DNA from: an uncultured Candidatus Saccharibacteria bacterium
GTDB lineage: Bacteria; Patescibacteriota; Minisyncoccia; Phycocordibacterales; UBA918
Length of the DNA stretch: 64,000 nt
Assembly: GCA_964402035.1 (NCBI GenBank)
Contig: CAYOAM010000001.1
Coordinates: forward strand, 179,558 to 243,557
Direction of reading: 5' to 3'
The stretch's first letter is position 1, and the number at the start of each line of letters is the position of its first letter. This document shows, in pieces, positions 56,801 through 64,000 of the stretch. Made by a program: the position numbers and the translations under genes. The notes beneath the pieces are model-generated. The model searched no databases and was not told where the DNA came from. It saw only the letters and a list, made by a program, of their open reading frames with translations.

Positions 56801-57591
56801 ATCCAACGGGGTATGCAACAGGAGATGAATTTCGTGCGACCCTACCAAAAGTTGTGCCGATACCAAAATCTACAAACGGAATGTCGGGTATGGCAGGTAT
56901 GCCGGGAATGGGTGGCATGATGGGTACTGGGTTGTCGTTTGGTATGAGCACGTCGAGTATTTCATTTGCCATGGTCCTGCCTGAGAACAATTACACCGCT
57001 ATCCCTGAACGTGTATTTGTTCAAATGGGTAAAAAGCAAAATGTCGCCTTTGAGCTTGTGGATCGCAGCAATACGCCGATTCAATTGAGTAAAGATGTGC
57101 CACGCGCACTCTCAGTAACATTTGTAAAAAGCGATGATAGGGTAAAACTTGAAACGTACATCGGCAACACTGCATTTGATACGGTTGCAGCTCCTGCTGC
57201 TATGCCCATGGTCCCAAATGGTGCGCCGTTTGATGAATCTATGCCACACAGTCACCCAACCTCAATGTTCCCCTCACTCATACCTGTTGCCTCTGCGCAT
57301 GGGACAGTGAATGACGGACATGCGGGAGTCGCACCACTCACATACACCTACGCAGTGCCTGTAGTGTTCCCAGAAAAAGGAGTGTACCGAGCATTCGTCC
57401 AGTTTTTGCCGGTTGGTGGAAGCGAGATTCGTACTGTGTCTTTCAACATGGAAGTGGGCGCATCTGGATGGTCAGTAGACAATTACGGTTGGTCAAAAAC
57501 AAAGAAATGGTGGACATTATTGATCATCTCACTCATTACAATGTTGCCGCTGATTTACGGCGTGCGACGCTATATCGGTAACGAAAAATAA
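53860..57591 (+). CDS. Fusion protein: CcdA/DsbD-like thiol-disulfide transmembrane domain + coiled coil + multicopper oxidase (three cupredoxin motifs, Met-rich segment) + C-terminal TM anchor
   Basis: CcdA-like domain with Cys in two TM helices (IIMPCTLPLAF and GIGCPHPATP). MCO motifs HSHG, WFHPH, HPIHFHGQRF and HCHIVEHLHGGMM. Met-rich MSGMAGMPGMGGMMG segment. C-terminal TM helix WWTLLIISLITMLPLIY. Confidence 0.75.
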   Translation: MAEHQPVEATASVEMPANRARTLLIFGAISVFAAMVFGLLYLFVIAPAAPGSSLGWFLFSFATGITMIIMPCTLPLAFVIVPLSMGKGLVKGISMALAFGLGITITQSLYGVAAAVLGKLAIGALGADLEVVKNWVYLVAGIFALVFALSEIGLMKFRMPTYTGAAPAFIQQRRDAFKAFLLGLFLGNIGIGCPHPATPLLLIEAASSGDVLYGWLLFLVHASGRVLPLLLLAFLAILGVNGLNFLVTKKDAVERATGWAMVFVAGFILTLGLFTHAWWVNSGIHTMLEKVTQESYFNARFNDMLNSAVAHNHGLETGTAMFGLPLWLGNWFLVSVWILPIWWWWFRKRKSLMQSPVFRIQALEGRIDELEKERRQVESMVALDEAEVSFDLKVHEAEIDRLEQIRRAEEEKVHYSEKGVLQSPIAQTYEMKMLYTVRNYLFVLSVFIVLVFAYFLPTNFYLASISGMGGHAHTPVAVSTSTTQALIPFSTDTANLPDATLTQTITLQDGGTYKVSAGYVKRQLGNRVLRMMAYNGSVPGPFIHAPEGSTVNIEFTNNTDIDQTIHSHGVRVDNLSDGVPGVTQVAVKPGETYTYTINFKDVGVYWFHPHTRDDYGQELGLYGNYIVEPSDEKYYSPVNREIPLVIDDILIENERIAPFYKEYTDHALLGRFGNEFLVNGAENFTTNVKMGEVVRFMVTNVSNARTYNLSIPGLKIKLVGSDAGKYERETSVDSLLLSPAERAIVEVYFEKPGVFTLTHTDPSNSVKLATFGVSSEERADVSYAKEFAVMRTDTSATTTYAAIRAMLPALPQKNVLMTVDLGMNAAAMNHGAHAHAMPGMMTSASTSNPSGIQWDDVGNTDTINTTQNVTWKLVDLENNLVNDAINWKFKVGEFVKVRFTNDKMAMHVMQHPIHFHGQRFVVLARNGVPNDNLVWKDTALVLPGETVDLVVDMSNPGLWMAHCHIVEHLHGGMMLNFRVEDPTGYATGDEFRATLPKVVPIPKSTNGMSGMAGMPGMGGMMGTGLSFGMSTSSISFAMVLPENNYTAIPERVFVQMGKKQNVAFELVDRSNTPIQLSKDVPRALSVTFVKSDDRVKLETYIGNTAFDTVAAPAAMPMVPNGAPFDESMPHSHPTSMFPSLIPVASAHGTVNDGHAGVAPLTYTYAVPVVFPEKGVYRAFVQFLPVGGSEIRTVSFNMEVGASGWSVDNYGWSKTKKWWTLLIISLITMLPLIYGVRRYIGNEK

Positions 57592-57592
57592 T

Positions 57593-58075
57593 ATGAACAA
57601 ATATTTAGTCTTAGGTATTGTACTCATCGCGATCGTGGTAGGCGGTATTGTTTGGAAACAGTACGGTGCATCGGATGTAAATAAGGCGATGGACACCGGT
57701 GTCGTGCGTGAGATTACGGTGATATCAAAAAAGCTTGAATGGCGTTTTGATCCTGCAGTCATTGCGGTTGAGCAGGGTGATCGAGTCAAATTGAAAGTAA
57801 TCAATGAAGATGATTTTGATCACGGTGTTGCTATTGATGCGTTTGGTGTATCGCAACGTCTACCGGCGAATGCCACTATCGATATTGAATTCGTAGCGAC
57901 AAAATCAGGTGAGTTTCCATTCTATTGCTCAGTCTCGTGTAGTGACAGTAAATCAACTGGAAATCTTCCCGGAGGAGTTGTGCAAACAGGACCGTTTGCC
58001 GGTACCGTCCAAGGACACTTCGATCAAATCGGCAAATTTGTCGTATCGCTCGCAAAAACGGTGACGGGACAATAA
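57593..58075 (+). CDS. Cupredoxin-like copper-binding protein, membrane-anchored
   Basis: N-terminal TM helix. FDHGVAIDAFGV...GEFPFYCSVSC matches the cupredoxin_1 pattern (GEYEFHC..C). Confidence 0.5.
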   Translation: MNKYLVLGIVLIAIVVGGIVWKQYGASDVNKAMDTGVVREITVISKKLEWRFDPAVIAVEQGDRVKLKVINEDDFDHGVAIDAFGVSQRLPANATIDIEFVATKSGEFPFYCSVSCSDSKSTGNLPGGVVQTGPFAGTVQGHFDQIGKFVVSLAKTVTGQ

Positions 58076-58099
58076 TATCAATATTAATAACGGAGCTAT

Positions 58100-60433
58100 A
58101 TGACAAAAATTGTTTTGAAGGTGAAGGGAATGCATTGCGCATCGTGTGCGATTCTCATAGACAAATTGCTTTCAAAACAGGCGGGTGTTGTGAAATCTTC
58201 AACGAGCTATGGTGCGCAGAAGGTAGCACTGGAATTTGATGAAGCAAAAATCACGCTTCCAAAGATCGATGAGTTCGTAAACAAGCTTGGATACGATGTT
58301 GTTCGTCCCGAAGAAGAAACCGGCTCAATAGAAGATGAAGAAGCGGTTGAACAAAAGCAACTCACGCTTGCGCGTCGCCGTGTGATCGCATCCTTTGCAA
58401 TTGCGGCTCCTATCATCGCCTACTACATGGGTGTGCACATGTTCAATTTGCCGCATGTGCATGCAATCTTTGGTATTGACCTCAACTACATCTACTGGAT
58501 ACTCTCGACTCCGATCCAGTTTGTGATTGCGTGGCCGTTTTATCGCAATGCATATTCAGCGATACGTATTGGGGCGGCGAACATGGATGTACTTGTGGTC
58601 TTGGGTACAACTGCAGCGTACCTCTACAGTATGATCGGTTTTCTTTTCTTCAACATCGATCATCCATTCTGGGAAAGTTCAGCGGCATTGATTTCATTTA
58701 TCCTCATGGGTCGCTATGTTGAGGTTGTTGCAAAAGGCAAGGCTTCAAGTGCCATCAAAGAGCTTTTGAAACTCGAAGCAAAAGAGGCGCATGTTGAGCG
58801 TGATGGAAAAGAAGTCACGATACCACTCCAAGAACTTGTTGAGGGGGACGTCGTAATTGTAAAACCAGGCGAGAAGATCCCCGTTGATGGACAGATTGTG
58901 TTTGGAGAGTCACATATTGATGAGAAAGTGGTGACGGGTGAATCGTTCCCAGTCAAACGCGTCATTGGCGATCAGGTTATTGGTGCAACCGTAAATCTTG
59001 AAGGGCGTTTCAAGTTTAAAGCGCTCAAGGTTGGAAAAGATACCCTCCTCAATCAGATTGTACGCATGGTTGAAGAGGCGCAAGCGACACGTGCTCCTGT
59101 ACAAGACTTAGTTGATAAAGTGAGTGAGTACTTTGTGCCTGCTGTCGTCATACTTTCAGTACTTACCTTTGTTGGTTGGGTTTTTGTGGCAGATCTGCCG
59201 GTTCGAGCAGGACTCATGCGCATGATCGCTGTACTCGTGATCTCATGTCCATGTGCCATGGGTCTTGCAACACCGACGGCACTCGTTGTAGGTATTGGTC
59301 AGGCTGCGCGATACGGCATCATCCTCAAAGGTGGAGAGGCGCTTGAGAAAGCATACAAAGTGACCTGTATCGCATTTGATAAAACGGGAACGCTTACGAT
59401 TGGAAAGCCGATTGTGACCGATATGATCATGATCTCAAAGACGGTGACCGAAAAAGACGCCGCAATCCTCGCTGCTTCAGCTGAGATGGGATCAGAGCAC
59501 CCACTTGCTCGTGCCGTCATTGAGAAGGGAAAATCTATGGGTGAAGTTATTGATCCAAAGAAATTTGATGCAATACAAGGTATGGGTATTCATGCAGTCA
59601 TACCGTACAACAAGAAAGATGTTGACGTTATCATCGGCAATCTTGCATACATGAAGAAGCTTGAGATTGACACGTCGGTGCATCAAAAAGAGCTTGAAAG
59701 ACTGCAAACAGAAGCAAAGACAACCGTATTTTTGCTAATAAACAACGAACCGGTTGCAATTATTGCGATGGCAGATGCACTCAAGCCATTTGCCGTTGAA
59801 GCAATCGCCGAACTCAAGCGCATGGGCAAGGAGATCATCATGATTACTGGCGACAACCAACGTACAGCTGACGCTATTGCAAAACTCGTTGGTATTGACC
59901 GTGCTCTGGCTGAAGTCTTACCACAAGACAAAGCAAATGTGGTGAAGAAACTTCAAGAAGAGGGCAAGGTTGTGGCGATGGTGGGAGATGGTATTAATGA
60001 TTCTCCTGCACTCGCCCAATCAAACCTCGGTATTGCCATAGGATCTGGAACCGATGTTGCTATTGAGACAGGAGAAGTCGTGTTGGTGAAAGACGACCTT
60101 CGAGATGTGGCCGTTGCTATCCAGCTTTCAAGTAAGACTATTAAGAAAGTATGGCAAAATCTTTTCTGGGCGTTTATCTACAATGTTCTTGCAATACCAG
60201 TCGCGGCGGGTGGACATCTGCTCCTCACACAAACATCATTTGGAATTGCTGCAGGATGGGTCGTGGCAATACAACAGAAGTTTGGTGGAGCAGGTCAGAT
60301 ATTCTTCAACCTCTCTCAAGCAACGTTGCGTCCAGAAATCGCCGGTTTTGCTATGGCATTTAGCTCAGTCTCGGTGGTGCTCAACTCTATGCTCTTGCGC
60401 CGCTACGTACCACCCGCAGAACGAAAGAAATAG
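58100..60433 (+). CDS. copA: Copper-translocating P1B-type ATPase
   Basis: HMA domain GMHCASCA. TM CPC motif SCPCAMGLATP. DKTGTLT. GDGINDSPAL. Confidence 0.9.
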   Translation: MTKIVLKVKGMHCASCAILIDKLLSKQAGVVKSSTSYGAQKVALEFDEAKITLPKIDEFVNKLGYDVVRPEEETGSIEDEEAVEQKQLTLARRRVIASFAIAAPIIAYYMGVHMFNLPHVHAIFGIDLNYIYWILSTPIQFVIAWPFYRNAYSAIRIGAANMDVLVVLGTTAAYLYSMIGFLFFNIDHPFWESSAALISFILMGRYVEVVAKGKASSAIKELLKLEAKEAHVERDGKEVTIPLQELVEGDVVIVKPGEKIPVDGQIVFGESHIDEKVVTGESFPVKRVIGDQVIGATVNLEGRFKFKALKVGKDTLLNQIVRMVEEAQATRAPVQDLVDKVSEYFVPAVVILSVLTFVGWVFVADLPVRAGLMRMIAVLVISCPCAMGLATPTALVVGIGQAARYGIILKGGEALEKAYKVTCIAFDKTGTLTIGKPIVTDMIMISKTVTEKDAAILAASAEMGSEHPLARAVIEKGKSMGEVIDPKKFDAIQGMGIHAVIPYNKKDVDVIIGNLAYMKKLEIDTSVHQKELERLQTEAKTTVFLLINNEPVAIIAMADALKPFAVEAIAELKRMGKEIIMITGDNQRTADAIAKLVGIDRALAEVLPQDKANVVKKLQEEGKVVAMVGDGINDSPALAQSNLGIAIGSGTDVAIETGEVVLVKDDLRDVAVAIQLSSKTIKKVWQNLFWAFIYNVLAIPVAAGGHLLLTQTSFGIAAGWVVAIQQKFGGAGQIFFNLSQATLRPEIAGFAMAFSSVSVVLNSMLLRRYVPPAERKK

Positions 60434-60493
60434 ATCCTTGAACTCACGTCAAAGTGGTTTATACTAAGATAGTAACGAAATAATATATACCGT

Positions 60494-60709
60494 ATGAGTA
60501 CACTAAAATTGGACATCGTAGGCATGCACTGTGGTGGATGCGCAACTGGGATTCAAATGTTGACCGAAGGGATGGATGGAGTTTCGTCATCGTTTGTCGA
60601 TTATGACGCAAAAAAGGGAACCATAGAATACGATGAAGCGAAGATTAAGCCAGATGCGATTATCAAAGAGATAGCGACGTTGGGATATACCGCGACCGCA
60701 GGCCAATAG
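60494..60709 (+). CDS. copZ: Copper chaperone (HMA domain)
   Basis: GMHCGGCA metal-binding motif. 71 aa. Confidence 0.8.
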   Translation: MSTLKLDIVGMHCGGCATGIQMLTEGMDGVSSSFVDYDAKKGTIEYDEAKIKPDAIIKEIATLGYTATAGQ

Positions 60710-60719
60710 AGCATACGCT

Positions 60720-61265
60720 ATGGACCTCTATGCACTACTTATAATTGGTCATATCATCGGCACTATTTTGGGTGTCGGTGGGGCCACCTATATTGAAATT
60801 CATCTCAATATGGCTCTTGCAGATGGCAAGATGGATGCGTATGAGAAAGGAGTTATGGCAAAAGATTTTCTCTTAACGCGCATCGGCCTTGTTCTTTGTT
60901 TCCTCACGGGTCTTGGATTTGTATGGATCTACTACTCACACAACCAACTTGGTCGTCTTGCAGACGGTGTGTTTTGGGCAAAGATGGCCATCATTTTGAT
61001 ATTGATCATTAATGCAGTACTTCTTCATAAGCACAAAATAGGCCTCTATTGGGGTAGTGCATTCTCTTTCATATCATGGTGGGGAGCGATGCTCTTGGGC
61101 ACCTTTTTGACACAAAACATAAAGATTTTGCCTGCAAACGACGTCCTTTCGTTTTTTGTCATCCTTGCTGTCTATGGGGTCATCGTCTGCATTGGAGCAT
61201 GGGTACTCCATAAAATACGAGAATTTACTAAACTACCAGTTCCACTCGTACCTCCAATAGCATAA
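60720..61265 (+). CDS. Integral membrane protein (about 6 TM helices) of unknown function, co-located with the copper genes
   Basis: Hydropathy only. Confidence 0.45.
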   Translation: MDLYALLIIGHIIGTILGVGGATYIEIHLNMALADGKMDAYEKGVMAKDFLLTRIGLVLCFLTGLGFVWIYYSHNQLGRLADGVFWAKMAIILILIINAVLLHKHKIGLYWGSAFSFISWWGAMLLGTFLTQNIKILPANDVLSFFVILAVYGVIVCIGAWVLHKIREFTKLPVPLVPPIA

Positions 61266-61313
61266 CAAATTCTAGGTACTTTTTTTGCACAAGTGACTAA
61301 AAAATGCTAGCAT

Positions 61314-62114
61314 TTGAGCGTCTTTTTTATGTTTAATACTGCACTTGCAGCCACCGAAGAAGTGGCAACAAAAGGGCTTTCAATACACCTCGCTCCGGAG
61401 GTTCTCTCAACTATTGGGGGGGTGCCGATAACGAATACCTTACTCACAGCGTGGGTAGTCGTTGTTGCGCTTATTGTGTTGACCTATCTATTTCGTTCGG
61501 CATATGCGCTCATACCTTCAAAAACACAGGTGCTTGTGGAAGCTGTAGTGGGCGGTGCATTTGAGTATGTAGCTGAGACTTTGGAAAGTAAGGAGCTCGC
61601 GCAGAAATTTTTTCCGGTCATCATGACCATGTTTATCTTCATTCTAGCACTCAATTGGGTCGGGTTACTGCCAGGGGTCGATAGTATCGGCTTTTATAAA
61701 GAACATAACGGACATGAAGTTTTTGCACCGTATTTGCATCCCGCAAATACTGATCTCAATGTGACCTTTGCATTTGCCATCATAGCGTTTGTAACTATTG
61801 AGGCTGCGGGTGTTATGCTTCTCGGATTCTTGAAGTATGGAGGTAAGTTTGTTACGTTTAAGTCGCCACTTGCATTCGTGATTGGCATTATTGAGCTCAT
61901 AGGCGAAATCGCCCGATTGATCTCATTTTCATTTCGGCTCTTTGGCAATATTTTTGCGGGAAAGACCTTGTTGTTGGTCGCAATGTTTTTCGTCCCATTT
62001 GTGGTACCGGTGCCTATTTTGGCATTTGAGGTGTTCGTGGGCTTTATACAAGCACTCGTCTTTTCAGTGCTTATATTATTCTTCATTAAGCTTGCGATTA
62101 GTGAGCCGCACTAG
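61314..62114 (+). CDS. atpB: F0F1 ATP synthase subunit a
   Basis: Conserved Arg in LISFSFRLFGNIFAGKTLL, C-terminal helices, position before the c subunit. Confidence 0.85.
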   Translation: MSVFFMFNTALAATEEVATKGLSIHLAPEVLSTIGGVPITNTLLTAWVVVVALIVLTYLFRSAYALIPSKTQVLVEAVVGGAFEYVAETLESKELAQKFFPVIMTMFIFILALNWVGLLPGVDSIGFYKEHNGHEVFAPYLHPANTDLNVTFAFAIIAFVTIEAAGVMLLGFLKYGGKFVTFKSPLAFVIGIIELIGEIARLISFSFRLFGNIFAGKTLLLVAMFFVPFVVPVPILAFEVFVGFIQALVFSVLILFFIKLAISEPH

Positions 62115-62127
62115 TGAATAGAGATGA

Positions 62128-62415
<288 letters not shown>

Positions 62416-62576
62416 ACAATCTCATTTGCATGATAACTTCGTTGCGAAGTGTCGATGATTTGGTCATCGTATACCACATACGCCTCCCAAACCATCTTCT
62501 TCGCGCCTCGTTCTCATGCAAATGATACTTGTTTAGGTAATATTCCTAGATCTAGAGGACACTTTACAAAAACACT

Positions 62577-63026
62577 ATGCAAGAAATAATAACTGCATTT
62601 GGTATCGACTGGCGACTAATCGCCATCCAGATATTTAATTTTGTCGTGCTACTTTTAGCACTTTGGTATTTCTTGTATACTCCGGTGCTTGCAATGATTG
62701 AAAGACGACGTTCTACCATAGAAGGTGGGGTGCGAGACGCAGAACTTGCTGCACAAAAATTGGCAGCAGCTCAATCGGAACATGCACAGGTACTCAAAGC
62801 TGCACATGCTGAAGCCGTAGAGGTTGCGCGCCGCGCAAAGGATCATGCTGATATAAAAGCAGCTGAACTCGTGCATGCTGCGGAAGAAAAGAGTAGACGC
62901 ACTATGGAAGAAGCGAAACGTGAAGGAGAGCTTTTGAAAGAACGACTCTACAACGAGAGTGAAGCACAGATTGCGCAGACGGCGTTGCTTGCAGCAGAAA
63001 AAATCCTAAAGGAACGCGCATCATAA
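62577..63026 (+). CDS. atpF: F0F1 ATP synthase subunit b
   Basis: N-terminal TM helix and a long Ala/Glu/Lys-rich helix. Position in the operon. Confidence 0.7.
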   Translation: MQEIITAFGIDWRLIAIQIFNFVVLLLALWYFLYTPVLAMIERRRSTIEGGVRDAELAAQKLAAAQSEHAQVLKAAHAEAVEVARRAKDHADIKAAELVHAAEEKSRRTMEEAKREGELLKERLYNESEAQIAQTALLAAEKILKERAS

Positions 63027-63033
63027 GATATAT

Positions 63034-63417
63034 ATGAAAGCGGAAGTTTACGGAGAGGCACTTTATCAAGTACTTAGTACTGATGGTGTTTTTGAGAGTA
63101 CGATCCAAAATCTCAAAGCAATCTTAAAAAAAAATGGGCACCGATCCCTCTATGGACAGATACTCCGTGATGTTGAGCGTCGCTTTTTGGAGCAACAAAG
63201 AATGGAGACCGCTTCAGTCATCGTTTCAAAAAAAGAAGACTACCAAGTGCACAAAAAAGAGATTACCGCACTACTAGCAGAATTCGCCGTAACGGAGATG
63301 ATGCTGGAGACAGACGAACAGATAGTAGGAGGGTTCATTGTTCGAGGCAAGGGAAAAGAGTATGATCGGAGTTACAAAAAGTCGCTCCTGTCTATCTATC
63401 GAGCATTAACAGCATAA
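63034..63417 (+). CDS. atpH: F0F1 ATP synthase subunit delta (short form)
   Basis: C-terminal IVGGFIVRGKGKEYDRSYKKSLLSIYRAL matches the delta/OSCP C-terminal motif. Position before atpA. Confidence 0.6.
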   Translation: MKAEVYGEALYQVLSTDGVFESTIQNLKAILKKNGHRSLYGQILRDVERRFLEQQRMETASVIVSKKEDYQVHKKEITALLAEFAVTEMMLETDEQIVGGFIVRGKGKEYDRSYKKSLLSIYRALTA

Positions 63418-63429
63418 TCACCTACATAT

Positions 63430-64000
63430 ATGAGTAACTCAATCATAGAACAAATAAAGAAAGAGATCGCTTCTCTTGACACCACCGCACATACCGAGGA
63501 GATTGGGCGAGTGATATCTGTGGGTGATGGTGTCGCAGAAATTGAAGGGCTCAAGAATGCACAAATGTCAGAGATGGTAATGTTTGATGTTGGCGAAAAG
63601 AAGAGCTTGCAAGAAAGCATGCAGCACGCGTCGGTACTTTTTGGGCTTGTGTTGAATCTCGAGGAGCATATGGTAAAAACGGTGGTGTTGGGTGATACCA
63701 ATCGTATTACCGAGGGGATGACGGTGCGACGCACAGGCACCTTGCTCAATATACCAGTCTCGGATGCGATTATTGGTCGTGTGGTAAATCCTTTGGGTGA
63801 GATGCTCGATGGAAAGGGAGCTATTAAGCCTGATCGACAGATGCCTATTGAGCGCATTGCGTACGGGGTGATGGACCGATCATCGGTAAATACACCAATA
63901 CATACGGGTATTAAAGCTATCGATGCCATGATACCAATCGGCCGCGGACAGCGTGAATTGATCATTGGTGATCGCGCAACCGGAAAGACCACTATAGCAA
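63430..64000 (+). CDS. atpA: F0F1 ATP synthase subunit alpha, 3'-partial (runs off the window)
   Basis: N-terminal beta-barrel (RVISVGDGVAEIEGL) and Walker A start GDRATGKTTIA at the window edge. The overlapping minus ORF 63396-63992 is spurious. Confidence 0.85.
   Translation, partial: MSNSIIEQIKKEIASLDTTAHTEEIGRVISVGDGVAEIEGLKNAQMSEMVMFDVGEKKSLQESMQHASVLFGLVLNLEEHMVKTVVLGDTNRITEGMTVRRTGTLLNIPVSDAIIGRVVNPLGEMLDGKGAIKPDRQMPIERIAYGVMDRSSVNTPIHTGIKAIDAMIPIGRGQRELIIGDRATGKTTIA

Noticed and set aside
63396-63992. 198-aa minus-strand ORF at the window end
   Set aside because: It is antisense to atpA, whose N-terminus and Walker A motif read cleanly on the plus strand.

Overview
The window reads as a low-GC, small-genome bacterial chromosome; the gene content (short uvrC, small Ftype ATPase subunits, many cohesin/dockerin surface proteins) suggests a Candidate Phyla Radiation (CPR)/Patescibacteria-like organism, though that is an inference from sequence only. 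Housekeeping genes are recognisable by motif: gdhA, an AI-2E transporter, capA-like, an FKBP isomerase, tgt, uvrB, uvrA, uvrC, ddl, a PCD/DCoH dehydratase, three SPFH proteins, mltG, a hexulose-phosphate-synthase-like gene, tRNA-Ala, a copper locus (thioredoxin-like, CcdA-multicopper-oxidase fusion, cupredoxin, copA, copZ) and the start of the atp operon (atpB-E-F-H-A). Three regions stand out. (1) A roughly 14.6 kb island (17023-31591) sits after the 3' end of tgt and is bracketed by a perfect 28-bp direct repeat. It carries an 8.3 kb SpvB/FG-GAP/LamG/YD-repeat Rhs (Tc-toxin BC-like) polymorphic toxin gene, at least three start-less orphan rhs-CT cassettes with different C-terminal toxin domains and small membrane immunity candidates, and a RAYT transposase flanked by inverted REP-like repeats (a REPIN-RAYT unit) that interrupts the array. 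(2) A small gene (39781-40458) encodes an apparent fusion of a sigma-70 region-4-like HTH with an RNA polymerase alpha-CTD-like domain and no other RNAP domains, lying between uvrA and uvrC. (3) A cohesin/dockerin surface-protein cluster (1-10345) holds three cohesin proteins, two dockerin-bearing proteins and a paralogous Ig-like/LytR_C pair. Other points are a CcdA-multicopper-oxidase fusion, partial tRNA-Ala 3'-end duplications with tandem palindromic modules, two GC-rich structured non-coding candidates (one possibly a reduced RNase P RNA) and a 20-bp perfect palindrome in the copper-locus promoter region. All functional calls rest on motif recognition by eye; no database search was possible.
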